From: Trypethelium eluteriae
Lineage: Eukaryota
Assembly: GCA_051942245.1 (NCBI GenBank)
Contig: JAVECL010000183.1
Coordinates: forward strand, 1-38,727
Reading direction: 5' to 3'
DNA length: 38,727 bases
Below, in pieces: positions 11,785-22,171 of this stretch. The notes under the pieces were generated by a model, which was not told the DNA's origin, did no database searches, and saw nothing but the letters and a program-made list of their open reading frames with translations. The position numbers and the translations under genes were made by a program. Numbering within the stretch: the stretch's first letter is position 1; the number at the start of each line of letters is the position of its first letter.

Positions 11785-13664
11785 TTGACGGAGACACGGG
11801 ATTCAAGCGACGGCTCGTCCGTTTACTCCCCCTCTCAACCTCCAACTCCTCATCACCTCATCCTCCACAAAGCTGTAGCCGAACCCTGCGACCACCCGCC
11901 GGAAGAGTCTGAAGCCGCCCCTAGCTTCGAGGCTTCAACATCCACTGCGACTACGGCTGATTCGCCGGATCCACCTTCCTTTTCCTCTCTCTTTCTATCT
12001 CCAGGAGAAAACACAGCAAGCAAGCCCTACGCTACTAGCAACACCCCAGCCGCCGTCTCCAACACTGCAAGCCTCCCAGTATCTGCGGCAGCACCCGCCC
12101 CACCCTTTGAGCCTCAGTCCTCGTCCCTTGCAGCCGCCGCTCAGACCAAGGCCGCTCTTCCCCGGGATACCAAGGAGGGATATTCGAGTAGGGATCTCGA
12201 CGACGGCGAGCCTCCACCGCCGTATACTGAAGGATCCAGCCCGCTCGAAGGTTTTACGTACGTCATGGCGGCAGCAGGAGGGGCAGCGAGCATTATCACG
12301 CAGGTATCGCAAGGAGGTGGCCCTCCGATCACATCTTTAGCAGGTGGGTGATTTTTCATATGGTCGGAGAGCTTGAGGTGGGTCTGACTCGTGGTATTGA
12401 ACAGGCGCTGGCTCAGATGAACACATAACAATGGAACTGCGGTAAGACCTCCTCCCTCGTGCATACTGGGCAGATCTCGCTAACTGGAGGTCTTACAGTG
12501 GAACGCGCTTTACTCTCTCAAGAGACGAACTGCTAACTCTCCCTGAGTTCGTCCTCCTTTCTCTCTTTCCTAATGGCCTGCTCCCTGACGGGCATATGAA
12601 CTTCCACAACGAAGGCGACGTCTACCCTGTTGATGTCAGTACTCCTGGTTACTTCTCCCCTTCTCCCTCTTCCTCAGATGAGAATGTTCCAAGCATTCCC
12701 GCCCCCCACTCTTCCCGAATTTCTCCAAACTCCATCCAAGGGATCAAATATTTGCTGTGGCAACCCGCAATATATTTATCTGACATTCTTTTCCCCTCCC
12801 AGTACGATCCAACCTCACTTCAATATATGCTCGACTTCTTCCGCTCCGTCGCCCAAAGCATTCCCTCCTCGGACTCTCACCCCACCGACACCCCAGCCCT
12901 CGAACATCCCAGCGAAGCGGTCCCCATTGAGCCGAGCATGCACGGCGGCTCAGCGCGCGAGATGTTGCAGGATCGCGCCGGCATCATCGTTCTGCGAGAA
13001 GATCTCGATTTCTATACCATCCCACCACGCAAGGATATCGAGCAACCTGAGATGATCGAGATCAAGCGCGCCGCGGGAAAAGCGCTGTTGAAGCAGGACG
13101 GGATTTTCAGCGGACTCAGGCGCAGCGAGGAGCCTGGGACCACGGAACAACATCTGATCGAAATGTTGACTGCTGGGTTTGCCTTTCCCCCCTTTATTTC
13201 TCCCCCCTCCTTTTTTGCCTTTCGTAGCGCGTGGGTTCTGACTTGTACGACTCGATAGAGGATTCAATCATGATGATCGCTGGGGCCATCGCGCTGGTGA
13301 GCCGAATAAGGCGGTCATTTGCTCCATCGCCCTCGCCCGTCTACGCACCGATCACCAGAAGCCCTCTCCTTCGAGTCCCGGCGGTGTTAATGGCGACCTG
13401 CCGAACAATGGCAACGCGGCTTCCGTCGGAATGGCACAGAAGCTGCTGCTCTTTTGGCGGAAGCCGGCGCGACGGTGTTGGTGGGAAGGAGTGGAACTAG
13501 AGAATGTGGAGGGGGTGGAGGGAAAATTGAAGGTGTGGATTCGAAGGGTTTGGACCCTAGAGATGGTTAGTGTTCCCCATTTCCTTTCTCTAGAAGGAAT
13601 TATAGTGGAGCAGAAATGATGGAGCTTATTCGGTGTTTTGTAGAGCGTCATCGGATTGCGATAG
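11785..13664 (+). CDS. WHI2: Whi2-like BTB/POZ-fold growth regulator and Psr phosphatase partner; 317 aa from ATG 12265, 477 aa from proposed UUG 11785
   Basis: Exons 12265(11785)-12343, 12405-12441, 12499-12634, 12803-13176, 13259-13565 and 13644-13664 join in frame. Motifs LRGTRFTLSRDELLTLPEFVLLSLFPNGL, VDYDPTSLQYMLDFF, IIVLREDLDFY, EQHLIEMLTAGG and KLLLFWRKPARRCWW...KVWIRRVWTLEMSVIGLR match fungal Whi2. Confidence 0.92.
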
Positions 13665-14448
13665 CGGCTGTTCTTACGCAAGTTGTCCCCACCGGTTTAA
13701 CGAGGGTATCGCGGTTAGCACCTGCAATGGGTCGACTACCCAGTGAGCGCGTCTACTACTCCCGCACATAGGCCCCCGTCCTTTTTGTCTTTCGAAAAGC
13801 TCAGGGTGAATTCTGCGTTGAGCCTTGCTCGTACGTCTAGCACCCCTGGTCTTCTCGTCTGAGGAGGAAAAGTGCAAAGCGGGCATCTAATCTCCTTCGA
13901 GTGCATGCACGTTGCGAAACGTGTTGTTCTCTAGTCTCTCTGGATGGTAGTGCATTTGGACGACGGATGGAAAACTGCATATTCTCTTCTTGTGAAGATA
14001 CCACTTTTAGTGTTTAAATTTTTATTCCTTCGTCGGCAACTCTAAACGAATTTTGTAATGCAATTTGGAGAGCCAGCCCAGTGTGCTTTGAGGTATTACC
14101 GTGGCCTCGACAATCGTACTACCATCTTCAATCTTCGAAGGCCGAGTTTGTCGGTACCTGCGTTCATCAAGCTTTCACTTCACTCACCGATGCCGTCCAG
14201 TCTCTTTCGAGGCTGCGCTGTCATGTGAACGAAAATGTTGTCATGAACTATTGGCCGCTACTGACACCCTTGCAAGTCACACTTCGGTGCGCTCCTTAGT
14301 CTTGCCAAGTCACAAGAAATCGTACTGTTTCCTCTGTCCGCTCTCTGTGGGCCTCGTCACTTGCTATAGGCTCTCTTTTTTCACCAGGCTTGCCATGTCC
14401 CCAATATTTTCCAGCGTTCAATAACCAAAAGTCGCGGGTCCGTAAAGG

Positions 14449-14454
14449 TATAAA
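14449..14454 (+). promoter_or_regulatory. Probable TATA box of F-box-like gene A
   Basis: TATAAA ~145 nt upstream of ATG 14597. Confidence 0.35.
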
Positions 14455-14596
14455 TGATCGTCACATTCCAGTCATTTTCCTAACGCTCTTACTATCTTGA
14501 AGACTAACAATCTTCATCCACTGCGTTTCGCTTACGACCAAAGATTCTGAACTCGCCATCGCCTAACTGCACGGGTTTACTACTAAAACATCAGCT

Positions 14597-15181
14597 ATGG
14601 CTCGACTACTTGACCTTCCCCCGGAAATCAGGCTCCAAATACTCTCCTATGTTACATATTGCAATTGGGAGATAAACGCTGACACCCTGACCTCATTGGA
14701 CTTTTTCTCCGGAGACTACTGGGACTTCAAGCATATCATGAACGTTTGCAGACGTCTTCGCTTCGAAGCAATAGAGACGTTAATTTCTCAAAACAAATTT
14801 GTTTACACTCTTAGTCTACGAAACCATCTTTACGCAACCAGATGGTGGAGCGAGTATATCAAGGAGCTCGTTTTATTCATTGAAATTCCGTTTGGAACCT
14901 ACTCTAGTTCGATGAATACTGAATCGGACGTAGTCTATTCAGCTAGAGCGCTCACGCGATGGCTCTCTGCTCATAGATCACTACGAAGAATCGACATGAG
15001 GTTTGTCGGCGAACCTTCAACGGGTTTGTTCGACTTCGAGCCTTCCCTGGACGTACAGGATCTTTTTATGCGAGTCAGAGTCGATGCAGAAGTTGTTGTT
15101 ACTTTGGAGGATTTGGATGCGTCAGCTTCTTACCAGAGAGAAGACTTGGATCGGATCGCGAATGCGATAATGGGTAGGTGA
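14597..15181 (+). CDS. F-box-like (2EXR/DUF7730-type) small protein, paralog A, 194 aa
   Basis: Intronless ORF. N-terminal LLDLPPEIRLQILSY, second block IMNVCRRLRFEAIETLISQNKF, then RWWSEYIKEL and SLRRIDM, shared with three other ORFs in the window. Confidence 0.75.
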   Translation: MARLLDLPPEIRLQILSYVTYCNWEINADTLTSLDFFSGDYWDFKHIMNVCRRLRFEAIETLISQNKFVYTLSLRNHLYATRWWSEYIKELVLFIEIPFGTYSSSMNTESDVVYSARALTRWLSAHRSLRRIDMRFVGEPSTGLFDFEPSLDVQDLFMRVRVDAEVVVTLEDLDASASYQREDLDRIANAIMGR

Positions 15182-15229
15182 CAGGCGTATGCGCTTCTAG
15201 ATGTATAGAACATCGCTAATGATATTTAC

Positions 15230-15990
15230 ATTCATCATCAGCTGGGCTGCAACCATGACCTACAACAGTCAGCTCAGGGACGATCTTCGCTACTCTTGAG
15301 ACCTAGCTTGGAAGCCTTGGTGGCATCAAAAACTATTGTTGGCTTTGGCATTACTCACTTTGTCTCAGTCGAGTGTTCAAAAGAAAATGCGTTCGATCAG
15401 ATGATTTTTTCGTCCGCGTGATGGATATTGTTCTCTATATGACGTTTCCCTCGTAGGCCAAGAGACTCGGAGAAGGGAACGCGTCAGCTTGGTCTTCTCT
15501 TCAAGGCTACATAGAACAATGCAAGAGACTAATTGAACTTACTGACTTGAAGTAGACATCATGATGTGAAAGGCATATGAATAGCTTACTAGAGTTTGAT
15601 GACGTTGGCAACAACCAACACCTTTTCGTTGGCGTCTGCTGGTCTACACAAAACAGAGATATCACTGTCGGACTTTCCAGAGTTGCTATTAATTCTTTCT
15701 TCTCTTGCTTTGTCCACTTTAGGTCATTTAGGTCCTTTAGGTCCCCACAAAAAGCTGATGTTTCTAGGTTTTTTTTGGATTTTGGTTGGAATGTCCAGAC
15801 CTGAAGGAACAAGAAGTCCAGCCGTCTCTGCTACTACTGGCCCACAGACGAGGGAATGATACCACTATTTAGCGAAATTCGTGACCAAGAGTGATGAGCG
15901 GACTTACCCATGAACACGATCATCCAACCACTTATACCCACATACAAACCCATTGAGAACACCTGCATACAACTCCTTGGCATCTCTAAA
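15230..15990 (-). pseudogene. Possible spliced gene relic or lncRNA convergent on paralog A
   Basis: Three canonical-looking minus-strand introns: 15907-15801 (GTAAGT..CAG), 15589-15507 (GTAAGC..TAG), 15358-15260 (GTGAGT..GCTGAC..TAG). Protein-like segments (DLKDLNDLKWTKQEKKELIATLES) do not join in one frame. Confidence 0.25.
15718..15744. repeat. 9-bp tandem repeat TTTAGGTC(A/C) x3
   Basis: tttaggtca tttaggtcc tttaggtcc; encodes DLK/DLN units on the minus strand. Confidence 0.6.
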
Positions 15991-16378
15991 GGCTCCTCAT
16001 GTAGCTACGACTAGGCGCGACTGTGTTCGCGCAAGTGTGTTCTTGACACTGGAATGAAAATTCTGGAATCTGCAGTATCTTTGGATTTTGAGTTTGTGAG
16101 ATATCGGGATGGTTCGGTTTGATGGCAAAAACTGTGTGAGAGAAGATTGAGGGGACAAAGGAACTAATCAAGATAGTTAAGGATACAGACAGCAGGCATG
16201 TGTGTAGCACGGTGAAAGCGTGAGATTGACTTCAAATATCGAATTTGCTGCCGGTCCAGGAAAGCCTCGATCTCACAGGGTGGATTTACCTAAGGTAGGT
16301 ACCTTTGGAGCTCGATCAACAAACGCGTAGAACGTCTTCCACAGTTTTCCACGTCGAGTCCACGTTCACAAATACACC

Positions 16379-16915
16379 ATGCCTTCATTGGAAGATCTTC
16401 CCCTAAGGGTCAGAGAGATCATTTGGCGCTATGCGCTATTGTCTGATCAGACGATGAATGCTGAATGCCTCCTCACACACCGCGTCTGGCCACTCCCCTA
16501 TATTTCTCTCAGCCTTTTGCGCGTATCTCCGAGTGTCCGCCAAGAAGCTCTTCGACAGTTCTTCCTGCACAACAAGTTCTCCCTTCTGTATCGATCCCGA
16601 AAAGAGTTCGATGCAATAACTTCTAAGCGGTGGTGCAACTGGATCAACCACCTTGAATTGATCCTGACTCCCGACGTGGCGTCTGATATCTATATTGTTC
16701 GAGGCTTGGTTGCCTTCACCAGCCTGAAAACTTTAGAGATCAAGACTAACGGAAGAGATTGGCCTGCTACCACCGAGTTCGACTGTAAGGTACTTCGGGT
16801 ACTCGGGTGGATGAAGGTCTCCCAGAAGATTACCTTCAGCCCTTTTGGCGCCAATAGCAATTGCTTCAGTTTGCAGCTCCAAGGCCATCTGTCTCGGGCG
16901 ATGCTTTCGGATTAA
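16379..16915 (+). CDS. F-box-like small protein, paralog B, 178 aa
   Basis: CACC-ATG context. LEDLPLRVREIIWRY; LLRVSPSVRQEALRQFFLHNKF; KRWCNWINHLEL; SLKTLEI. Confidence 0.75.
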   Translation: MPSLEDLPLRVREIIWRYALLSDQTMNAECLLTHRVWPLPYISLSLLRVSPSVRQEALRQFFLHNKFSLLYRSRKEFDAITSKRWCNWINHLELILTPDVASDIYIVRGLVAFTSLKTLEIKTNGRDWPATTEFDCKVLRVLGWMKVSQKITFSPFGANSNCFSLQLQGHLSRAMLSD

Positions 16916-16969
16916 TATGGGTGAAAATAGGAGAAAGTGAGGTCAAGCCTGGGATGTATATGCATCATC

Positions 16970-17760
16970 ATGACTGATGTTCTGCCAGATCAAGGATGCA
17001 GGAACAACCCCTGTCTTTCATTTGGCGAGGAATACTTGCTTCAAGGTTAGTGGTCATCATTTGGACTCCTGAATGGTCTCGCGATTGACTGATAATGGCT
17101 TCCTCAAGCCAGCGACTGGATGCCAGTGTCAATAGCAAAGATCCAGTTCGAGATTGAAATCTGTCTGCTCAGCCTTGTATTCTCCCTAAAATTTCTGGAA
17201 CTGCGCAATCAAACTTTGAAGCTTATGTCGGACGTCTCAATGTACTTCATTAGCAAACGGATTGATTCTACGCATTTGTCGCACCGGTTCGGAAGTCCAA
17301 TCTTGTCAAACCATTGTTCATATTACACAAGGGCCGCGGCCGAGAATCATTAGTTAGATGGTTTTCAGTGACAGTATGCGTCTTATAATAAGGATCCATT
17401 GTTCAATCTAGCTCTGACAGTTTTTCGAACTTTTGTGGTATATCCTTAGTGTTGATTACGGATGGATACAGATCCAAGAGCTGTTTCGTCAGAGAATAGA
17501 TTGAACCTATCGGTCCCATTTCTACACTACGATCTCCAATGCTGGAGGATTCTCCAAAATAAGGGATGAAGTTAATTGGAGATTGTCTTACAGCCATCGT
17601 CAGAGTTGATGCCGCTGCATATATGTTTAAAGATATTACACAATGCGGCAGGCCAATCATCCAGCGAATTTGCGATGAGCTTTGCTACGACCATCGATAG
17701 AGCCGCAACAACGTTATGCCGCTATATTCGGCATATCCGCGAGCTAGATGTAGCGTAAGG
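16970..17760 (-). pseudogene. Possible decayed gene convergent on paralog B
   Basis: Protein-like minus-strand frames broken by isolated stops (RHNVVAALSMVVAKLIANSLDDWPAALCNIFKH; FEKLSELD*TMDPYYK; LQSLIAQFQKF*GEYKAEQTDFNLEL), with intron-like signals (GTAAGA; GCTAAT at 17254-17249). Confidence 0.3.
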
Positions 17761-18386
17761 GTCGATTATCGATGGGCACGTATTGCGTGGTATGAAAGAC
17801 GTGTCGTTTCTGTGCAGGGCCTTCCTCGCACACTACCCATACTTAAATCAGCAAGCAGAGATTTTCGTCCGATAACGTAGTCTAGTAGAGGAACTCATGG
17901 GATGCTGATCCTTCTCACGCCCTTTATCACTTATCGACGTTTACGATCGGAAGCGAGAAATATCGGAAAACCGGGAGCGCAACAGAATTCTTTTTGTATG
18001 ATCATTTGTAATAGGACCTGCTTCGAGTGAAAAAGAGGCCGTGTTTGAGAAAGAGGATGAGACTCTCATGCATGGGCAAGAGTAGAAGCAGATCAGCTAT
18101 CCAGACTTAGATTTGCTCTAATGTCCCTCGATCGCAACCCTGTAACTGTTTATGTCCATACCTTTCGGATAGGATTCCAGCTCAGCCAGCCAAATCATTC
18201 ACCTATTTACAAAGCTACACTCCAACTAAGCTCTATCCAGCGATAAAGTTTAAGCTAAGTACGGAAGCAAATCAAGTTCTGACTGATCCAGTCGATACCT
18301 CACAGCTGGGTCTCAGAATCTATAAAATGCTTCTGGATTCTACAATAACAGTCCTTAAGGCCATTGCATGCGAATTCACGACCGGA

Positions 18387-20479
18387 TCAGGATAGCTCGA
18401 CGGATTGGAAATCTAAAGGTCTCTGAAGAGCCTCGCCCCGCATGAATCCATGGACGTAAGCACCCCCAACTACCTCGAACTTCTCCAAGTTCCTCTGCTT
18501 AGTTGAAACATGGGACTCTAGTCTTCTCAGAATGAGTGGTACCCGCAGCCCAGGAACGATGAATATCGTATCTCCGGCACAGAGCGACTGAGAGCCTTTG
18601 CCAAGCAGTCCCAATTTGGTAGTAAAAAGCCGGAGACACGGCGTGTGAGCGAGGATCGTCTCGAAAGCATCTGACTCGAGGAAAATGTCATTATTTTCTC
18701 TGTCAGCAGCATCCATGCTTTGGGCCATGGTGATAATTTCGGTTGGGGACGGAACAATGCTGTCTGGTCCCTCCGCTTCAAATAGGTCAGCCAACTTCTT
18801 CAAAGTATCAGTGGCATCTTGGTTTGTATCTCGCTTTTGATGGCAATGGACGCCGACTTTCAAAAGCCAATGTCTAAACTGGACTCTTGGTATAGTCGAG
18901 GGGAAGTCGTCACCTGAGGGTCCCGTGTTCGTAATGAGCGTTCTCCAAAAGACGTCCATTCTATATTCACCCGTGCAGTAGATTTTGCTGATATTTTGGA
19001 TAATGTCCAGCCACTGAGGAAAAGTGCTTTCACTGGTAACGTGTCGCTTGCTCTCACCGACCGCGTTGATCTCATCAAATGCTGCGGCTCGGATACTGAT
19101 GATCCTGTGACTATCGTGAATGTGCAAATCACGCTGGAGATCTCCAGATGCCCAGAAGCGCCGATAACCTGTGACTCCCAAGCCGACAATGTCCCGTATG
19201 CTCCAGTCGGGTACCCACGATGGCAAGCTATTGTGATTTCGAAAGTCTTTACCCTCAGCATAAGCGAGTAGGAGGAGGTCTTTTGAGCCGCGCAGTACAG
19301 AAACAGCAGTAGCTATATATACTTCGGAAGCTGTCATTTTGTAGTCGGGAGCGGGAAGAAGAGAGGTATATGTTGAATTTCCTCTCGCGACACTATACAC
19401 TGAGAAAACCTTATCTTTTTCGTCCTGACAGACATAGCGGCGTGATCGGATTAAATTGTATAGAAGAGGGTCGTCACCTCTATGTAAGGAGATCTTTGCA
19501 GCATTGAGGACGGTAGGTCCATTGACATGTGTGTCAATTGGGAGACCTTTGAGGAACTTTTGGCTTCTCAAGGCGTGTGTCCAGATGCTTGTGGCCAGAA
19601 AGTCCGAGACAAGGACCAATTCTTCCCAAGTGAGGCTATTAGAGGGCAAGTCTCCACAAAAAATGAGAAAACTCTTCGCAAGAATGACTTCTTGCATGAC
19701 CCATGCTCTCACAAACCATGCTCTGCTGAAGAAAATCGCCAGAGAGATCCAAAATCCCCTATCACTACATTTACCGATTAAATTTTTGCTGGTGATTGTG
19801 GTCAACGTGTCTGGGCGAATTTGCCTTCGTTGTGTGTCTGTTATTGCGCAGAGCGATTTTATGAGCTTGACGGCATCTTGGAGATGCCCATCATGAGGAC
19901 CAAGCCAGATTAAAACTTTTCGAGCAGACTGGTAAATCTGACCCATTATGGAGACTTGTTTCGCTTTCTCCTGATCGTCTTTTTGGTTGATGCAGATAGC
20001 ATCGATCCATAGATTCCCTATCTAAGTTGAGGTTGGTAAGAAGTCACAACGAGAGATATGGTATTAAAAAGAAGAATGTATGGGATCAGAGCCAGGGATA
20101 CGCGGAAGAAATTTGGATCATAGAATCGAACGATTCCATTCGAGATTGATGGGGGGGGACGGTCTGCAGATGGTAGAGAGCATAAGCTAACCTGGACCTC
20201 TGACTCTTTCAAAAGTCGACATAAACACTGGAATAAATTGTCTTGTATCATGAAAGGTACTCCATCGATTTCTATTTCAGAGTCAGCCCGATCCGGCGTA
20301 CCTGGCACCGGACAGGCCCAAGTATAAGACAACGCGAAGTATTCAAGGTTAGGATCAAATGCAGCTTGCTTTATGTGACCTTTGATCTTTCCATCGCCTT
20401 GAAGTGGTTCAAGAGAAAAGATTCGAAAGCGGTTGTTCGGAAGCGCATTGTATAAAGAGCTGTAATCCCGCGAGGCCAT
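18387..20479 (-). CDS. Heterokaryon incompatibility HET-domain protein (HET-6-like architecture), ~640 aa
   Basis: Exon 1 20479-20192 (FRIFSLEP, YFALSYTW, IQDNLFQCL); intron 20191-20022; exon 2 20021-18387 with LWIDAICINQ, QVSIMGQIYQSARKVLIWLG, FFSRAWFVRAWVMQEVILA, KDKVFSVY, LPSWVPDWS and the C-terminal GDTIFIVPGLRVPLILR...VVGGAYVHGFMRGE block. Confidence 0.92.
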
Positions 20480-21082
20480 CTCTTGATCCGTATACCTGGA
20501 ACCTGCGCATCCGAAGTGCACAGCAAAGGGACCACGCGCGTCATTCCAGAATGTTCATGAACATGATAACGTGAAACAATCCATCCATCCTGAACAGGTA
20601 TAAATTTACGAGAACAACTTTGAGCTCTGCAGGTACACCGGATCTTCGTGCTGTGCAGATGTCTCTACGTGTGTTCTGAGGACGTCGTGGACGGGCAATG
20701 CTATCGACCGGAGCAGATCTACTGAGAGATACTATGCACTAGGACCTCATTAGCACCAGTGTTATATACAATGGACCTGCTTGAGCCAGCCGCCATGACA
20801 GTAGAAGAGGCCAAGGTCGAGTCGGCTAGAGAGCCGCTGTAAGGGCCAGAGAGTGGAGATAAGGCTGTTGTTGCCGGCGGCGTCCGCTTGACCGCCAAGT
20901 GACGTGCCATCGTACCTAGTGTCCCATCTCGCCAGGAAAAGTCTCTCTCTGGTATACTCCCATGCTTACTGGCTGATAGCAAACCTCAAATTTACGGAAG
21001 TGCTGAAGCACTCAAGCTTCAGTCCAGCCCGGATCCGGCCTGCAACCCATGAAATCTAGCGTCGTTTCTGCAGTGACCGCGA

Positions 21083-22171
21083 ATGGGGATAGGATGGCAA
21101 AATGCAGTGATCGCTCTTGGTATTGCTTTGACTGCTGTTATTTATCTCCACCTCTCCACTGCGCATACACAAAAATTAGCACAGGAGCATACTAATCAAA
21201 TGTATCATCTCTCCTATGTTCCGGGGTTCTTCAAACACGATCAGCAGCCCACGGGACCGGGGTTCCGAGCTGTACGTACGATCCTCCCTGACTATGTCTT
21301 CCTTGATGCGCGGCTCATGCTGTTTCCAGAAAACGCTGCCAGCTCTGGGCCTGCTAGATCGTACGTATGAGACAGACCCCGATTTCGATCCCCATCGTGA
21401 AAAATCCCAATGGGAGCGTTTCGGAAATTACGTAGCACATTTGAACCGAGCAAGTTCCAAGGTACAATATAAGGTTTTCTACATTACACGCCATGGAAAA
21501 GGCCTTCACAATGTGAAAGAGGACGAAGTAGGAAGGGCAGAATGGGAGGTTCGTATTGCTTCGATGTGTGCCGCATGCAGTTGACTTTGACCCCCCAGGC
21601 GTACTGGTCACGGCTTGACGGAGACGCTACCAAAGAATGGATCGATGCACGTCTGACAGAACAAGGGGTCAAACAAGTTGAATATCTGCGTGACTTCTGG
21701 CGCCATGCGTTCTCTCATTCACAGGTCCCTCCTCCGGAGAGATACTACACCAGCCCGCTTACTCGCTGTTTGGAGACAGTCCAAATCAGTTTCACCGACC
21801 TCGACCTTCCCGAAAACCGGCCGTTTCAACCAATCATCAAAGAAACACTGAGAGAGCGGTTTGGTGTGCATACATGCACCAAACGTAGCACACGAGCGTC
21901 CATTGCGTCTAGATATCCGGGTTGGGAAATCGAGCCGGGTTTTGCAGAGAGCGATGAGTTATGGCAACCAGCCCGAAGAGAAACTGAAGAAGAATTAAAA
22001 AACAGGCTTCTCAGTTTTCTCAATGATATCTCACAGGATCATGCGACTATCATCTCTCTTACTACACATTCTTGGGCTATTCGTGGCCTCTATGAAGCGA
22101 TAGGACATCCCAATGTTTGGCCCGATGCCGGCCACATCACTCCTCTATTTGTTCGAGTAGAGAGTGGATGA
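21083..22171 (+). CDS. Histidine phosphatase / phosphoglycerate mutase family protein (Pmu1-like), 326 aa, with N-terminal hydrophobic segment
   Basis: Exons 21083-21271, 21330-21548 and 21599-22171 join in frame. Catalytic YITRHGKGLHN, DARLTEQG, YTSPLTRCLET, LRERFGVHTCTKRS, ISLTTHS. Confidence 0.9.

Noticed and set aside
15718..15744. TTTAGG-containing repeat as an interstitial telomere or CRISPR-like array
   Set aside because: The unit is 9 bp (TTTAGGTCM), not TTAGGG; only three copies and no spacers.
16286..16303. TACCTA/TAGGTA-rich near-palindromes (also ~28045 and ~33210)
   Set aside because: Short low-complexity motifs common in fungal intergenic DNA; no paired terminal repeats defining an element.
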